A stretch of DNA of 63,193 nucleotides, the filler included, from Hausera hauseri (lineage: Eukaryota): assembly GCA_046269625.1 (NCBI GenBank). It is 12 parts of 12 records of this genome, joined end to end, with 100 filler letters (N's around TTAATTAATTAA, not from the genome) between each part and the next. Parts side by side here need not be neighbours in the genome. Positions count along the whole stretch, not along the records: positions 4,515 to 13,270 come from JBJURY010543230.1; positions 13,371 to 17,848 come from JBJURY010562006.1; positions 17,949 to 22,682 come from JBJURY010457467.1; positions 22,783 to 26,721 come from JBJURY010872959.1; 8 more parts are not named here. One strand, given 5' to 3'. The notes beneath the pieces are model-generated. The model did no database searches, was not told where the DNA came from, and saw only the letters and a program-made list of their open reading frames with translations. Every line of letters starts with the position of its first letter. Position 1 is the stretch's first letter. The translations under genes and the position numbers were made by a program. Below are positions 12,087-25,229 of the stretch, one piece after another.

Positions 12087-13607
12087 AGCAATTTATTTTC
12101 TTTTGATTTTTTGTTTATGTTGTACTGTGCATATAAGCTGCTTGTTTTTTTTTTTTTTACATGTAATATTACCCTTTGTCCCTCCTGAAGTGTCTTCATA
12201 TTTAATGTGTGTCTTATTTCTTCATTTTACTGCCTCCTTTCACCTTTATATTGTGTAAGACAATCATCTCCCAATTTTAGTATCTCTTCACATGAACAAA
12301 TGTTATTGCAGCTTCATATCTTCTTATTTCAATTGTTTTGTACCTCAATTCAGATACTGCTGGCCTTTATCATTTCTGTATTTCATTGACACAACTTCTG
12401 AAACCTCAGACAATCAAATACAAGTGTCACAGAATTAACCAACAACAGTAAAAAAACCAACAACTTCTAATACAAGACTCCATGAAAACAAAACAGAAAG
12501 CCAAATATAAGAAATTAGAAATCTTTATTTTGTTTGCAATGATAGGTCTCAAGCAAATATTACATGAAAGACTGTGCGCAAAATATTGGAGATGGAACAT
12601 GTAAAGAACACAAATGTAGTCATTTCCCAAAAATACAAAAAGAAAAAATATGTCCTATGAAGTAAGTTTGTCATAAGGTCCTTATAAACTATGTTAATAA
12701 CTGTTTTGTTTTTATTTTAAGAAAGATTGCTTAATAATGATAGAAACTTTCTTGTTGGAACATACTCAGGCTATTTGTAGGATTCCTGGATACATAAAAT
12801 CAGACAATAAGATATGTAACAATTACAAATAAAAAGGCTAAATAGTTACATAGTTGCTTATATATGAAAGATAAGAATAGAAAACAAATAAATAAATTAT
12901 AAATAAGATATGTAGGAAATGAACTGAACAACTTGTCAGGAGTTTCAAGATCCTTTAGCTCCACAGTGTACTTGAAGATGTAATGGTTATTTTTTTGGCG
13001 TTGGGTACTGGGAAATCAACATTATTTGCCAGACAAAGTCAGTAGGTGTTTCAATCTCTTTATTGATAACAATGTGCTAGTGGAACTGGTATCACCACAT
13101 TCAGGGCATTCCCATATCTGCTCCACTCCATGTTCCAGCAACCACTGAAGAGTGTTCATACTAATATTTCCAGCAACTCACTGAGTGTAATTCCGTTTGC
13201 CTGTCCTAAGAGTATGCACTTTCATCCCTCATTGTTTATCACACTAGATTCCACTATCTTCCTTAAATAANNNNNNNNNNNNNNNNNNNNNNNNNNNNNN
13301 NNNNNNNNNNNNNNTTAATTAATTAANNNNNNNNNNNNNNNNNNNNNNNNNNNNNNNNNNNNNNNNNNNNATAAAGATCATATATTCTGCATTGATTGCC
13401 TCAAAACGTGCCTGCGATACAACAATACTTATTCCATTTTCAGGACAGAATGTAATTATGTCCATGTCCAAGATGACAATAGAGAGGTGATGTATATTGC
13501 ATTGGTGCTGCCAGCGATAATTCATTCGGACGGTGGTGAAGACAGTGGTGATAATACTGTCATTGAAGATGTTACACAAGTGTTGTGATTGTTATGTTAA
13601 TACACAG

Positions 13608-13859
13608 TTATTTTGAAAAATTGTTTTGTTCTTCATCACATAATGTGGAATAAGTAAGGGTTAATGTTACCAATAATTGATAAATTACTGCGTCAATAAT
13701 AACATTTATTTTATAACAACATAACAACGCTAAACACTTTCTATAAGCACAAATACATGTAATGTTCTTTGGTACCAATTTGCCAGTCATATGCACATAT
13801 TCGTAATTCTGGTTCACAGTCTCTGTAACCATGGTACTATTAGCCTCAATGTCACCCAA
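13608..13859 (-). CDS. Small ORF with hydrophobic C-terminus, packed against the upstream ORF; putative Polinton accessory gene
   Basis: Overlaps the stop of ORF 13852-14250 on the same strand in a PolB-containing contig. No recognisable motif. Confidence 0.25.
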   Translation of the reverse strand: MGDIEANSTMVTETVNQNYEYVHMTGKLVPKNITCICAYRKCLALLCCYKINVIIDAVIYQLLVTLTLTYSTLCDEEQNNFSK

Positions 13860-14250
13860 ATAAATTTATTTCCATCGTAATGATTTTTCTCGTGTGCTTC
13901 TCCAGAAGTCGGAAAATGTTTGAGTAAAACATATTTTTTTGTCTTGATTTAGCATGTGTCATTTCTGTCAGTACACCTTTGAACTTTTTGATTTTGTCGA
14001 CATTAACACTTATGTTACCATTCATGATGCTATCCATGATTTGAATATAATCATCAATTACATGAGATGGCAGCATATGAAGGAGTTTCCATCTGAGTCG
14101 TTTCGGTGCTTGGAGGATAGTTTTGAAATATTCAATATTTGTTATAATTTGTTCTGGATGTATGCGTTTAACTTGATTATGCATATTTTTAAACATGATA
14201 ATGCGATGTTTTGTAATTTTGTTTATGTATAACACTTTCAAGTGATACAC
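13852..14250 (-). CDS. Small basic protein resembling a conserved Polinton/Maverick/adintovirus ORF
   Basis: ILQAPKRLRWKLL...IDDYIQIMDSIMNGNISVNVDKIKKFKGVLTEM resembles, from memory, the RxxLL...IxExxxNxLxGNV...LKKYK pattern of Maverick small proteins. Lies in the same contig as PolB. Confidence 0.5.
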   Translation of the reverse strand: MYHLKVLYINKITKHRIIMFKNMHNQVKRIHPEQIITNIEYFKTILQAPKRLRWKLLHMLPSHVIDDYIQIMDSIMNGNISVNVDKIKKFKGVLTEMTHAKSRQKNMFYSNIFRLLEKHTRKIITMEINLFG

Positions 14251-14495
14251 TCTATGGAATATTTATGAAAAGTAAAATAGGGTTAATTATATGTGTATGC
14301 AGTGGACTAAATACAAGTACAGGATTAACTATATAGGCGTAAAGAGTTAGCTAAATAGGTATATAGACTTAAATGTGTAGGTGCAGAGTTAATTAAATAG
14401 GGACAAAGTATATATAATGTGTTTATAAGTGTATTGATGCACTGTGTTGATGAGCGTATTCATTAATGTGTTGATTTATGTATCGATTTATTGAT

Positions 14496-14528
14496 ATGAA
14501 ACTAAACTAATACATAGTTTAGTTTCAT
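14496..14528. repeat. Perfect 14-bp inverted repeat (hairpin, 5-nt loop)
   Basis: ATGAAACTAAACTA-ataca-TAGTTTAGTTTCAT. Confidence 0.9.
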
Positions 14529-15169
14529 GTGCATTACCTTGATAGGACATATGTTACATATAATTCACCTTAACTAGCTATATTACCAGCATAGTATATA
14601 TAGTACCGGTAGATTACCCATGTCTGCTGCCTATATTTCATACCCAACACATCCTATTTATATAATTCCTATATCACATACATACTCCCCGCATATTACC
14701 TATATATTACTAATATTAGTTAAATAGTACTTGCATTTTACAGAGACATATCTGAGCTATACCTTTCCTCAGGCTAGTTGCATTTTACATGCAGAGACAT
14801 GCACATGCACACCATATATCTTAATCGTTCATGTTTAAAGTTACTCGCATTTTGCCACACACACAAACATGCACACGTGACATATATTTGAGTCATTTCT
14901 TTCTCAAATTACTTCATTTTACCCATTCTTACACACACGCATACACTATAAAAGTGTTTAGCATTATGCCAGTTACATTGTTATGAAATAAATGTGTTAT
15001 GAAATTAGTTGGCCTTATCCTAAATAGTTGTTACTTAGTTTTACTTGGCCTTACCCTATATCCCACATTACTTGATCAAGAAGAAAACACGATATTTCTA
15101 TACAAGGTTTATTAAACAAAGAATAACAATATGTGCATATTTACAATGCCACATGTTCGTGAGCTAGTA

Positions 15170-17848
15170 ACTTTTTTAATCCCCATTTAGTGGTCTTTTG
15201 ATCTCAGGAAGGAAAAGTATCTGCTCATGCCTTGTTTCGATAGAAACCGGATATTCCATAACTACCTCTAGTATGTAGCCTGTATCTCCACTGGGATCCA
15301 NNNNNNNNNNGATCCATGTCTAGTATAAGGATGCCTTCGGGATGCTCAATCCACTTGAATTTATGATATGGCATTGGGGCGCTGCTTGCCCATCCATACA
15401 AATTGTTGGCATCCAGGTATGATATATATGAGGTTTCTTTGCATGGATCATACTGGGCTATATACTTCTTGTTAGCCTTACTATACCGAGGGATGGCATG
15501 GCATATTCTGCTTCTAATGCCTCTCTCAATCATGAGGAACATATTGTAATCCTTTATGATCTTCAGCCTAACACCTGTATATCTCAGCATAGCTGCCCAA
15601 CCCATCTCTGGAGCCGTAAAGAAATGAGCCGGATCCAATGCATCCCTGAAACTCTCAAAGATATCCGTCAGAAGGAGCACTTCCGTCTTTAGGTATATGC
15701 CGCTCTATTCTCCTAATTTTTGGCATTGGAATGCATGCCAGACATTTTAACAATGCTGGTAATCCATATCATTGATATTGCAATCAGAGAGGATATTGTA
15801 AAAATCCTTCTTGGCTGGCAATGAGGTCTCATCCAGTGTTTCCATGATGTTATATAGTCATAGGAAACACGCCTTTCCTTTTGACTAGGTCAAATGCAGT
15901 GGAAATAAACCGCTTCGCCTCCTTGAGTTTTTCTGCAGGGCGGTTCTTCACTAAACTGTCAAGTGAAGACGCATGAAACGGAAACTGTCTATGATGCAAA
16001 GCCTGCTTTTCCCAACATGCTTGGTAAATGTAATGTATTTTTCCTCACTATTAGGCATCACATCTATGTTTCCTTCAATGCTGCCCAGTTCCCGAACAAT
16101 GAAATGGATATCATAGCCACTGAGATTAGGGAACACTAGAGGCACATATGTACATGCTTTGCAATGTAGATTGCAGTTGTTGCATGCCGAGACCTGATAT
16201 GTGTTTGTAAAATGGCAATGATCCCCGACTTTATGATTATCCTTAGTGAATGATTTGTAGCACAAGTAACATACTGTTGCCTTGCGCCATTCTTTATCTT
16301 TCTGCTTCGACATGTTTATTGTATCCTTATGCAGCTGCTGCATATCTTCAATCCTATGAGCCATATCTTCAAGTCGCTTCATGAAATGAGCTGCTGCACT
16401 TGGACCCCTGAATAGATATGGTTCACTGTCCAGTCCTTTGGCATACATGCTATATGATGAGAGCTCATGATATTGGTATGCCGTTGTGCGGCTGTGTTGG
16501 AGGTTAAGACAGCAACTCTGAACTATGCGCAGGATCGCTTCAAAGTCGCAACAGATAACTATTGGGACCTTGATCTTCTTCTCCAACTCCTTGAATTCAA
16601 TGTAATCCTCCTTGGGGAAATCTGGACTGATACAATAATCGTTGTTGCAGTACATCTTGTGCTCCTTCAGCTTCTCCACAGCTAACTTGCCACTGAAATT
16701 GGACAAGCATCGTTTACATATTTCTATTTGTCCATGATGTTTTGTATTATGTAATCCGACTAGTCTCTCAAAGTCTTTGTTCCAAGAATAATGTTTCTTT
16801 TCTCCATCGTCTAGTAGGAAAAGGTCCCTATGATCTTCCAATTCAGCATCGTATATATGCCGGGGATAGAATTTATCATCCTCGTCCAATCCCAAGATAT
16901 TGATAGACAAGTTGTTAACTTTTCCAAATTTTTAACTTCATCAATGGATGGAGGGAACTTGATACATTAGAAGTCATAGTTGTGCTGCACGTCCTTATAT
17001 AGCCAGACTCGTGAAGCATGATTTTTATCTGTTACAAATTTTGATAGAATGGCATACATGAAACACATGTTATCATTATTATAGACATTGACACATACTT
17101 TTTATTAGCGGTCCAATCGGGGAGCTGAATATATGAACTGCCCCACATGGATGAGTTTTTGTGAATATACACAATCAATCTCTTGATGGTTGCCAGAGTC
17201 CATGGCTCTTTTTATCCGGGCTCTCCCCGGCTTCACGGATCAGCTTCTCGTGCGCCTCTTGCATTCATACTGCTATACTGGTGTTTTCCAATATGGGTCT
17301 ATTTTTGGTCTTGAAGGGCATATTGGGTTCTTCGCCATCAACATTGATGCATGTGAGCGCCAGTTTCATATTCACCATAAAAGCTTTGAGCTCAGCCATG
17401 ATGTCCTGAAGAATTTCTTCTGTCTCGTCCTTTGTGTATAAGAGGAAATCTTGGAAGATTGTTTGACCAGTCGCCTCAATAACATATCTGCAACATTTTC
17501 TCTTTAATGCTGCCGCATCAACTAGCCGCTGTCTTTGGTTTTTGATGGAGCCGGTGCGTCTGATGTGGCCGTGCCTGATGTGGCTGCGCCTGATAATGCT
17601 GCGCCTGATGCGGCTGCGCGTTTCAATTCTGTAATATACTTCCAAACTGCTGCACCAGATCCAGCAGCTTAATGCGAGGCAGAACACTGCGAAGCAGATG
17701 CATCAAAATTATGTTGCTCATTAAAGATGGCATTCTTTGACTTTGATGCAAAGTTACTCAAATGATGTTTGTGATCATAATAAAACTTTATGTAATCTGC
17801 GCCGCATACATCCTCACATCCTGGACATATATAATAGCGGATCCGATT
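15170..17848 (-). mobile_element. Polinton/adintovirus-type family B DNA polymerase (DNA_pol_B_2) pseudogene, copy A, with endonuclease VII-like Zn insert; 3' truncated
   Basis: Motifs GSSYIQLP, CDFEAIL (ExoI), CYLC...DHCHFT...CNNCN, NLSGYDIHF (ExoII), IDSFRF, VLLLTDIFESFR (ExoIII) and YLDANNLYGWA (motif A). Frameshifts and stops present. Confidence 0.9.
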
Positions 17849-17948
17849 NNNNNNNNNNNNNNNNNNNNNNNNNNNNNNNNNNNNNNNNNNNNTTAATTAA
17901 TTAANNNNNNNNNNNNNNNNNNNNNNNNNNNNNNNNNNNNNNNNNNNN

Positions 17949-20573
17949 AGGGTTCCTTTGATGGATCATAATCTGCCATGTATTTGTTGATGGCCTCACT
18001 GTACCTGTGAATGGCCTGGCATATTCCACCCCTGATGCCTCTATCAACCTTGAGGACCATATTGTAATCCTTTAATATCTGGAGCCTTATGCCGGTATAG
18101 CGCAGCATCGCCACCCAGCTCATTCCTGGAGCTGTAAAGAAATGGGCTGAATCTAACTTGTGGCTCTTAAGCGTCACATACCGGAAGCATTCGAAGACAT
18201 CAGTAAGCAGCAGCACATCTGTGCGGAGATATATATCACTGTATTCCCTTATTGTCCTTCACCTCAAGGTTTGCCATACTCTTTGGGCATGTTCATTGTC
18301 AGCATCGCTAATATGACTGGATGATAACTGACTATAAAAGTCCTCCTTGACCGGTAATGCTTCTTTATCCAGTGTTTTCCATGAAGTTATATAGTCTTGG
18401 GGGACACGCCTTTCCTCTTGACAAGGTCAAATGCAATGAGAAAGAACCGCTTCGTCTCCTTGAGTTTTTCTGCAGGGAGGTTCTTTACTAAACTATCCAG
18501 TAACGAGCTCATGAAGCGGAATCTGTCTATGAATCGAAGTCTAATGCGGCCCACATGCTTAGGGAAAGTGATATATTTTTCCTCACTGTTTGAAATAACA
18601 TCAATGTTTTCCTCAATATTACCCAGTTTCCACACAATGAAGTAGGAATAATAATCACTGAGATTGTGGAACACTACAGGCACATATGTACATGTTTTGC
18701 AACGTAGAGTGCAGTTTTTGAATGCTGAACCTCGATATTTGCCTGTAAAATGGCAATGATCCCTGACTTTATAATTATCCTTGGTGAAGGACTTGTCGCA
18801 CAAGTAACATGTTGCCTTGCGACATTCATCTTGCTGCTTCGACATGCTCATTGTATCCTTATGCTGCTGAAGCATGTTTTCAAGCCTATGAGCCATGTCT
18901 TATAATCTCTTCATAAAATGTGCTGCTGAGTCTGGCTCTCTGAATAGAAATGGTTCACTGTCCAGTCCTTTGTCATACATACAATATGATGAGAGTTCAT
19001 GATATTGGTATGCTGTTGTGCTGCTATGTTGGGGATTAGGGCTACTGCAGTGAACTGGGCTGAGGATGGCCTCAAAATCACAATAGACGACAATTGGAAC
19101 CTTATGCATCTTCTCGAACTCCTTGAATTCCAGGTAATCCTCTTTGGGGATTCTGCTCGGATGCAATAGTTTGTATTACAGTAAGTCTTTTGCTCCACCA
19201 GCTTTTCTGCGGATGTCTCCCCATTAAAATGGTTAAAGCATCTCTTCCAGCCTTGATTTGTTCTGGGATATTTGGGATCCTATGGGACGCTCACAATTCT
19301 TGATCCAGATGAAATCCTTGTTTCTCCATCTAGCAGAAGTAGATACCTATGATCCTCCAATTCCTCCTTGCACACATGTAATGGATAAAATTTGTCCTCC
19401 TCCAATCGAAAATTGTTGATTGAGATGTTTACGCATTAAAATTTCACGACTTCATCTAGACTTGGCGAGAATGAAATACATCTGAAGTCGTATGTGTGCT
19501 GCACTTTGTCATATATCCAAACTCGGGAAGCATTATGTTTATCCTGGAGTAGTTTTGATAAAATGGCATACATGAAGCACATGTTGTCATTATTGTGGAC
19601 ATTGACACTTGCCTTTTAACTATGGATTCAGGAAGCGGTATGTAGGAGCTGCCTCTCATTAGCGAATACTTGTGTACATGTACAGTAACCCCTTTATTGT
19701 TGCTAAAGTCCAACCGCTCTTGTACTGGCTTTCTTCGGCTTCACGGATGAGCCTTGCATAGTCCTCTATAATGAAATCCTTAATATTAAAGGATTTCAAT
19801 AGTGGCCTGTTCTTTGTCTTGAAGGCTCTATTAGACAACTCTCCATTGACATTGGTGAAGGCGGCTTCCAATTTGAAGTTCAACTTAAGGGCCTTCAGCT
19901 CCAACAAGTTGTCCTGGAGAATTCCTGTTGCCTCCTCCCTTGAATATTCTAGGAAATCATGGAGGGATGTCTGCCCAACGGCTGCTATGAAGTATCGCCG
20001 CACTTTTCTCTTCAGTGCAGCTGCATCAAATGGCCGCTGTATTTGGCTTTTTGATGGAGCATTTGCTGCTACTTCTGGCAGGCGTTTTGGTCCTGCATCA
20101 TGCCTTGTTGTTAAAGCAGGCCTTGCTGCTAAAGCAGGCTGTGCTGTAAAGCAGGGTGCTGCTCATTATATATGACCTTTGGCTTTGTATTGAAGTCTCC
20201 TTCACATACAGCCTCACATCCAGGGCAAATGTAATAGAGGACTCTTGAATTTGTATCCATAATAGCTCCTCATGGCGTTTTGGCAATTCTGAAGGTTGTG
20301 CATTGCACATGTGCAATAAACATATGAACTGCATCTTTTATTTTTGGCACAAAAGTCGTTATTGGCATATTTGGTAAAGGAAATCAATTGCTGTTTATGG
20401 ACATTGTAAAAGTCTTCATAACTAGTTTGGCACACTACTTCACATATAGGGCATATATAATACTTAACCATGTTGTACATATGTCCAAAGTACTTCATAA
20501 CACTGGTAATTTTCCGGCTCGTGGATTTGAGCCAAACATTCGCTGTAAAGTCTGCACATCTAAAATCAATCAA
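17949..20573 (-). mobile_element. Polinton-type PolB pseudogene, copy B (close relative of copy A)
   Basis: Motifs YYICPICEVVC, FKTKNRPLL, RGSSYIPLP, VYCDFEAIL, RDHCHFTGKYRG, FHNLSDYY, KRKGV, LLLTDVFECFR and GIRGGICQA. Confidence 0.9.
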
Positions 20574-21189
20574 TTATTTGAGGAGCACAATTAAGAAACT
20601 CACCATTCGTTGAAGTGATTTTGAAAATAATGAACAATATTGTCATATCACCATGTACTGCCTCGCTTATTGATTGGTTTTAATGCGCTTTTGTTTTAAT
20701 GCATCAATTAAAATGTATAGAAGTCGGTGCCAAATTTAAGGTCTTCGACCATGGGAATCGAATGACGTCAATAAATTCTTCGAATAATGCATGTTTGACC
20801 GAATATTTGAATAGCTTAGTATTCGACTTGTAAGCTCGAATTCGAATACCTGATGCCATATTCCGATTCGGCATACATGAACTCCTATCCAGTCTCGCTT
20901 ATATATTTATTGATTTCTGCTTCACTAGGCTTTAAATGCATATTTTCCTTAATTCGAAATATTGATTTTGTGCCTATATAATATATTTCCATGGAATAAT
21001 TTTTATGTATAAGGGGCTTTTCATATGAGGTATCGATTCCCGCTGTTAGATTTTACGAATAGTTCGACATTCGATATTCGAGACAAAAATATTCGAATTT
21101 CAAATATCTGACTCGAGAATCGAGATGGCCATACTCGCTTTCCTATTTGTCCCCGCTAATTACAATATCGGTTTTTGCTTCCTTAGGGC

Positions 21190-21950
21190 CTCAAAAACCT
21201 ATGCGTGTTCTGTCTCAGTTGCACTTTGGATTGATATTATTCAAAATCGGATCGATAAATTTAAATTCTAACTGCACATTCATATACTGCATCGTGTTTC
21301 CAATCAATTTCCTAATCATCAATATTGGAAATATCGGAAATTCGATATTGATTTTTGCACACTTGCGCACGTGTTTTTGCACTGCACAATATATATGAAG
21401 GTGCAACTTAATGTGCTCTATCTACCTGCATATGACCCCGATCGATTCCATCAATCCTACGCTGCACAATAATCAAAATGTGAAAAGTGAAAAAGTGCCT
21501 TGGCAACCGTATCCAAGAGCATACTTCACTCGAGTATTGCACTAAACGATAGATCATCAAGTACTGCACCCGCCAGTATGTGCCATATTGATATTGATTT
21601 TCAATTTATAGCTGAAAGGCCTATGCGGGTTCTCCCTCACTTGGCAATTATTCGAAAATATATCAGTATATTTAAATTCTAACTGCACATACACGTCCAT
21701 TATGTGTGCTTCCGATCGCACACGGTGCCGTGCCCCAATAATCAATATTGGGAATATCGGAAATCCGATATTATTGATTTTTGCACACTTGCACATGTGC
21801 TGCACACCTACACAGTGCACCAATCGATGCGCACTGATGTGCATTATGATTATCACATTGTCCCGATCGATTCGATCAATACTGCATTGTGCAGCGATCG
21901 ATTTGCGAAATGTGCAAAAGTGCCCTTAGCAACGGTGCCTAGCAGCACCG
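21190..21950. repeat. Diverged ~420-bp direct duplication with internal palindromes, upstream of PolB copy B
   Basis: Blocks TTTAAATTCTAACTGCACAT, ATCAATATTGG(A/G)AATATCGGAAAT..GATATT, TTTTTGCACACTTGC, CCGATCGATTC and AAAAGTGCC each occur twice, in the same order. Confidence 0.8.
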
Positions 21951-22782
21951 TCGCCTAGCACAATACAGATTGATAGTGCACAGTGTGTTATCCATTGGCA
22001 CATGTGCAAAATTGATTTATCTATTATCCCCCTCCCGGGGTGAGGGAGAACCCGCATTTTTTGCCTACTCACATCTATGCCAACTGCATTGTAAAAGGAG
22101 TTATACATAAATTATGATAAAAAGGTAGATAAGGACATCAACTTATCATATAATAAGTAAAATAGTTGAAGTATCATTTCAAGCAATTGACTTGTCAGAA
22201 GAACGGAAGAAATATATTAATGATGAATATGGTTACAACTATATTACGGTTTACAAGGGGAAACTCGGTATAAGGAATTCAAAGGCATTATATATTCAAA
22301 TTGATTTTTTGACCCCAGAAGTTGCTGAAATATTTGGTTTTACAGCACGAAAAGTTAAAGGCCATGGTATTTTTGGTGCAATTGGTACTAAAAATATAAA
22401 GCGGAAAGTGTAGCACAAATAATTAATGTTCAAGTAGTACAGTAAACAGGTATACAATAACATTAAAAGACCATATTATTGTTGAAACAGATGAAAAATT
22501 ACTAGTTGATTTTCTTATGGTATTTCAACTAATATTTAAAGAATTGGTGCTTTTGAATAATAAAATCGGTTTTAAATTAAAAGATGATATTACAATAACT
22601 GAATTTCATCCAGTATTTGCCAAAGTACTGGTATTTGAAAAGACGTTTACGAGAGGTGCAAAAAACAGTATAATGCAGTGAANNNNNNNNNNNNNNNNNN
22701 NNNNNNNNNNNNNNNNNNNNNNNNNNTTAATTAATTAANNNNNNNNNNNNNNNNNNNNNNNNNNNNNNNNNNNNNNNNNNNN

Positions 22783-24742
22783 ATGTCAGAAGGAAAAGCC
22801 GACTCAGTAAATGGGTAACTATCTAAGTTGGAAGCCAAAGTCTTAAGTGAAGCCGGTAGGAACTGCAACGAGTCGACAAATCAAATAGATACCTACTTTT
22901 TAGCTGAACAGCGTATCATTGCCTGCACGGTTAAAAATTTCTCTGTTATTTGCGGAATAACACTCAAATTCCAAGTAGCAAATTTACTTAGTGCGTGTTT
23001 CAAAATATGATGGAGATCATATCCACGCAAATTATGAAAAATAACAGGCAAATTATACCTAATCTTACGAGCTAAGTTACACTGATTACAAGCTGGGCCT
23101 AAGTATTTACCTGTAATATGGCAGTGATATCGAACAAATGTAGTGCCCTGTTCATGGCAAAGATAACATGCTGTGGCGTTTTTAAACTGAAACCATTCAG
23201 CTGGTGATAACGGGATCATCGGCTTTTTCGCATTTCCATATCAGGGGAAACTAATGTTTTAACAATTTGCTCTAAACAAGCCAAAAACTCAACTATGGAA
23301 TTTTCACCAACAAATTGTCTATATTCAATACCTATTGTTGAAATTAACAAGAAATTGGCTGCAGCATGCAAATGAATATGCTTGACTATATCGTCCGGAC
23401 ACAGAACAGATTCAAAATCGGTTTATACGACGAAAGGCGGATTTATTGATTTACCCAGCCCTTAAACTCGCAAAATTTACTTTCGGGCATTTTGTACAAA
23501 GTTATACACTTTGGAGAAGATTTGCACATTGGTAAATGCTTAGCATAATCAGTATCAAGTCTAAAGCCATGCAAACATTTTTTACACCAATGTTTACAGT
23601 GAATTCTAAGTTTATTACTGTTCATATTTAATAACCGTTTAATATTAGGGACAGCAACATAGTGAAACTTGTCATAATTTTCCAAAATCAAAGTTAACTA
23701 CAGTACCATTCGGATTTTTGCTGTGATGCAAAATGTCAACGAATGGATTTTGTACTACGTCCTCATCAAAATCCACATCATACTCATCGTGAAACAGAAA
23801 ACACTACTTGATAAGCGCGGATTCTGCCTCTCACATTTGCCTGTTACATATTTTCATAGGCATATCTTCCGATGAATATTTCAGCTCGCATAAATAAGGA
23901 ATATAATTGTTGACACTATATCTATGACTGTCAAAAGAAGAATACTTGGTCACTGCCGGAATAGAGTACAGGAAGCACAAAGTGTCCTCATTTTGTACGT
24001 TAATAATGGCCGATGCGTTTTTTAAAGCGTCAGGTTTTGGAATATGACTTACCAGACAAGTATGGTAGTGGGCTTGTTTAGACTATATGAAAACAGTATT
24101 TCAATATCTTAGCCACTTTGCATCCACTATCCATTTCAGAAAAATTCTATTTTATTCCGTAAACTATCAGCTACAAAGTCAGGATAACACTGCTCATAAG
24201 GGACAGCTCTATATGAAATATAAGCCTCCTTAAAGTCACCCTCAGCATTATAAAACAATCTCAAGACCTTATTGAATTTTACTAGATGGATATCGAGAAG
24301 CATACAACTGTAAAAGAGAGACAATTTCTTCGGGCGGTGTAGGAGAAATTAGTTGGTCAGGCGCAACATCAAAACAAAGCTTTACATAATTATTGCCAAC
24401 AACAGATTGTACATCGAGTCTTATTTTCTGTACAGGCTTTGCAGATTGCCTAAATTTCTTATTTGCAATCTCATCTGTATTTTTTTGCATTTTCCTTTTA
24501 ACTGGTTGTCGTTGTTCATCGGTGGAAGATGTTTGAATTTTTTGATCACTGACAAATTGTTTAGCCATATTAATCCTTTCTGTATGTTGTTGGAGTATTG
24601 CTGTTTTGGGTTTGGTCAACATAGTTAGGTGATGTCCGTGCCGGTTTCGAAATTCAGAGAAATTTTGACCTGATAATATTTCACATGAGGAACATATGAA
24701 AAATTGGGATCCACTGTACCGCACTGCATAATATCTGGACAT
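22783..24742 (-). mobile_element. Polinton-type PolB pseudogene, copy C (second subfamily)
   Basis: Motifs FFICSSCEIL, FHYVAVPNIKRLL, HWCKKCLHGF, DFESVL, CYLC...RYHCHITGKYLGPACNQCN and FHNLRGYDLHHI. Confidence 0.85.
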
Positions 24743-25229
24743 TGTTGCTTCACACTGTTTTGGTGCATGTATTTTGTTAGTACAATAACTGAAGTTGCAA
24801 ATCTATAATGGGACATAAGACTAAAAAGAATGAAAAATAATAATATACCATTTTGTCATGTAGATTAATATTTCAAAAACAATAACATCAACACTTTATT
24901 TATAGCAGATTTCAGCCAATCAAATTGCAGGAAAAATATATAACTTAGCAATATATTACAATAAGTCATTATTAAAAAATGTACCCCTTATCATAGTGTT
25001 ACTTCTGCGCCATTTGCCAAGACAATATACGCTATACACATGTTAGACCAGTCAGATGTATCCACAGGTATTGCCTACCGTGCATAAGCCGGTGGATACC
25101 AGAACACACAAAGTATCCGCAATGTACCAGAACCAGTTTATATTTCTTTATTTACAGCGGAGATGGACAATTGCTAGCCGTGGAGCATGTAAAAGCTATG
25201 CGAATGTATAAAATATATACTTTGTAATA

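Noticed and set aside
13020-13160. WLLEHG..WECPECG on the minus strand as a Merlin/ISXO2-like transposase start
   Set aside because: Only a single CxxC, with no catalytic motifs or TIRs.
15301-15310. 10-N gap with duplicated GATCCA flanks (other 10-N gaps at 44751-44760 and 58631-58640)
   Set aside because: Scaffolding gaps, not biological features.
22110-22682. Possible Polinton minor capsid fragment (EIFGF; FAKVLVF)
   Set aside because: Motifs are too short and the frame too broken to support a call.
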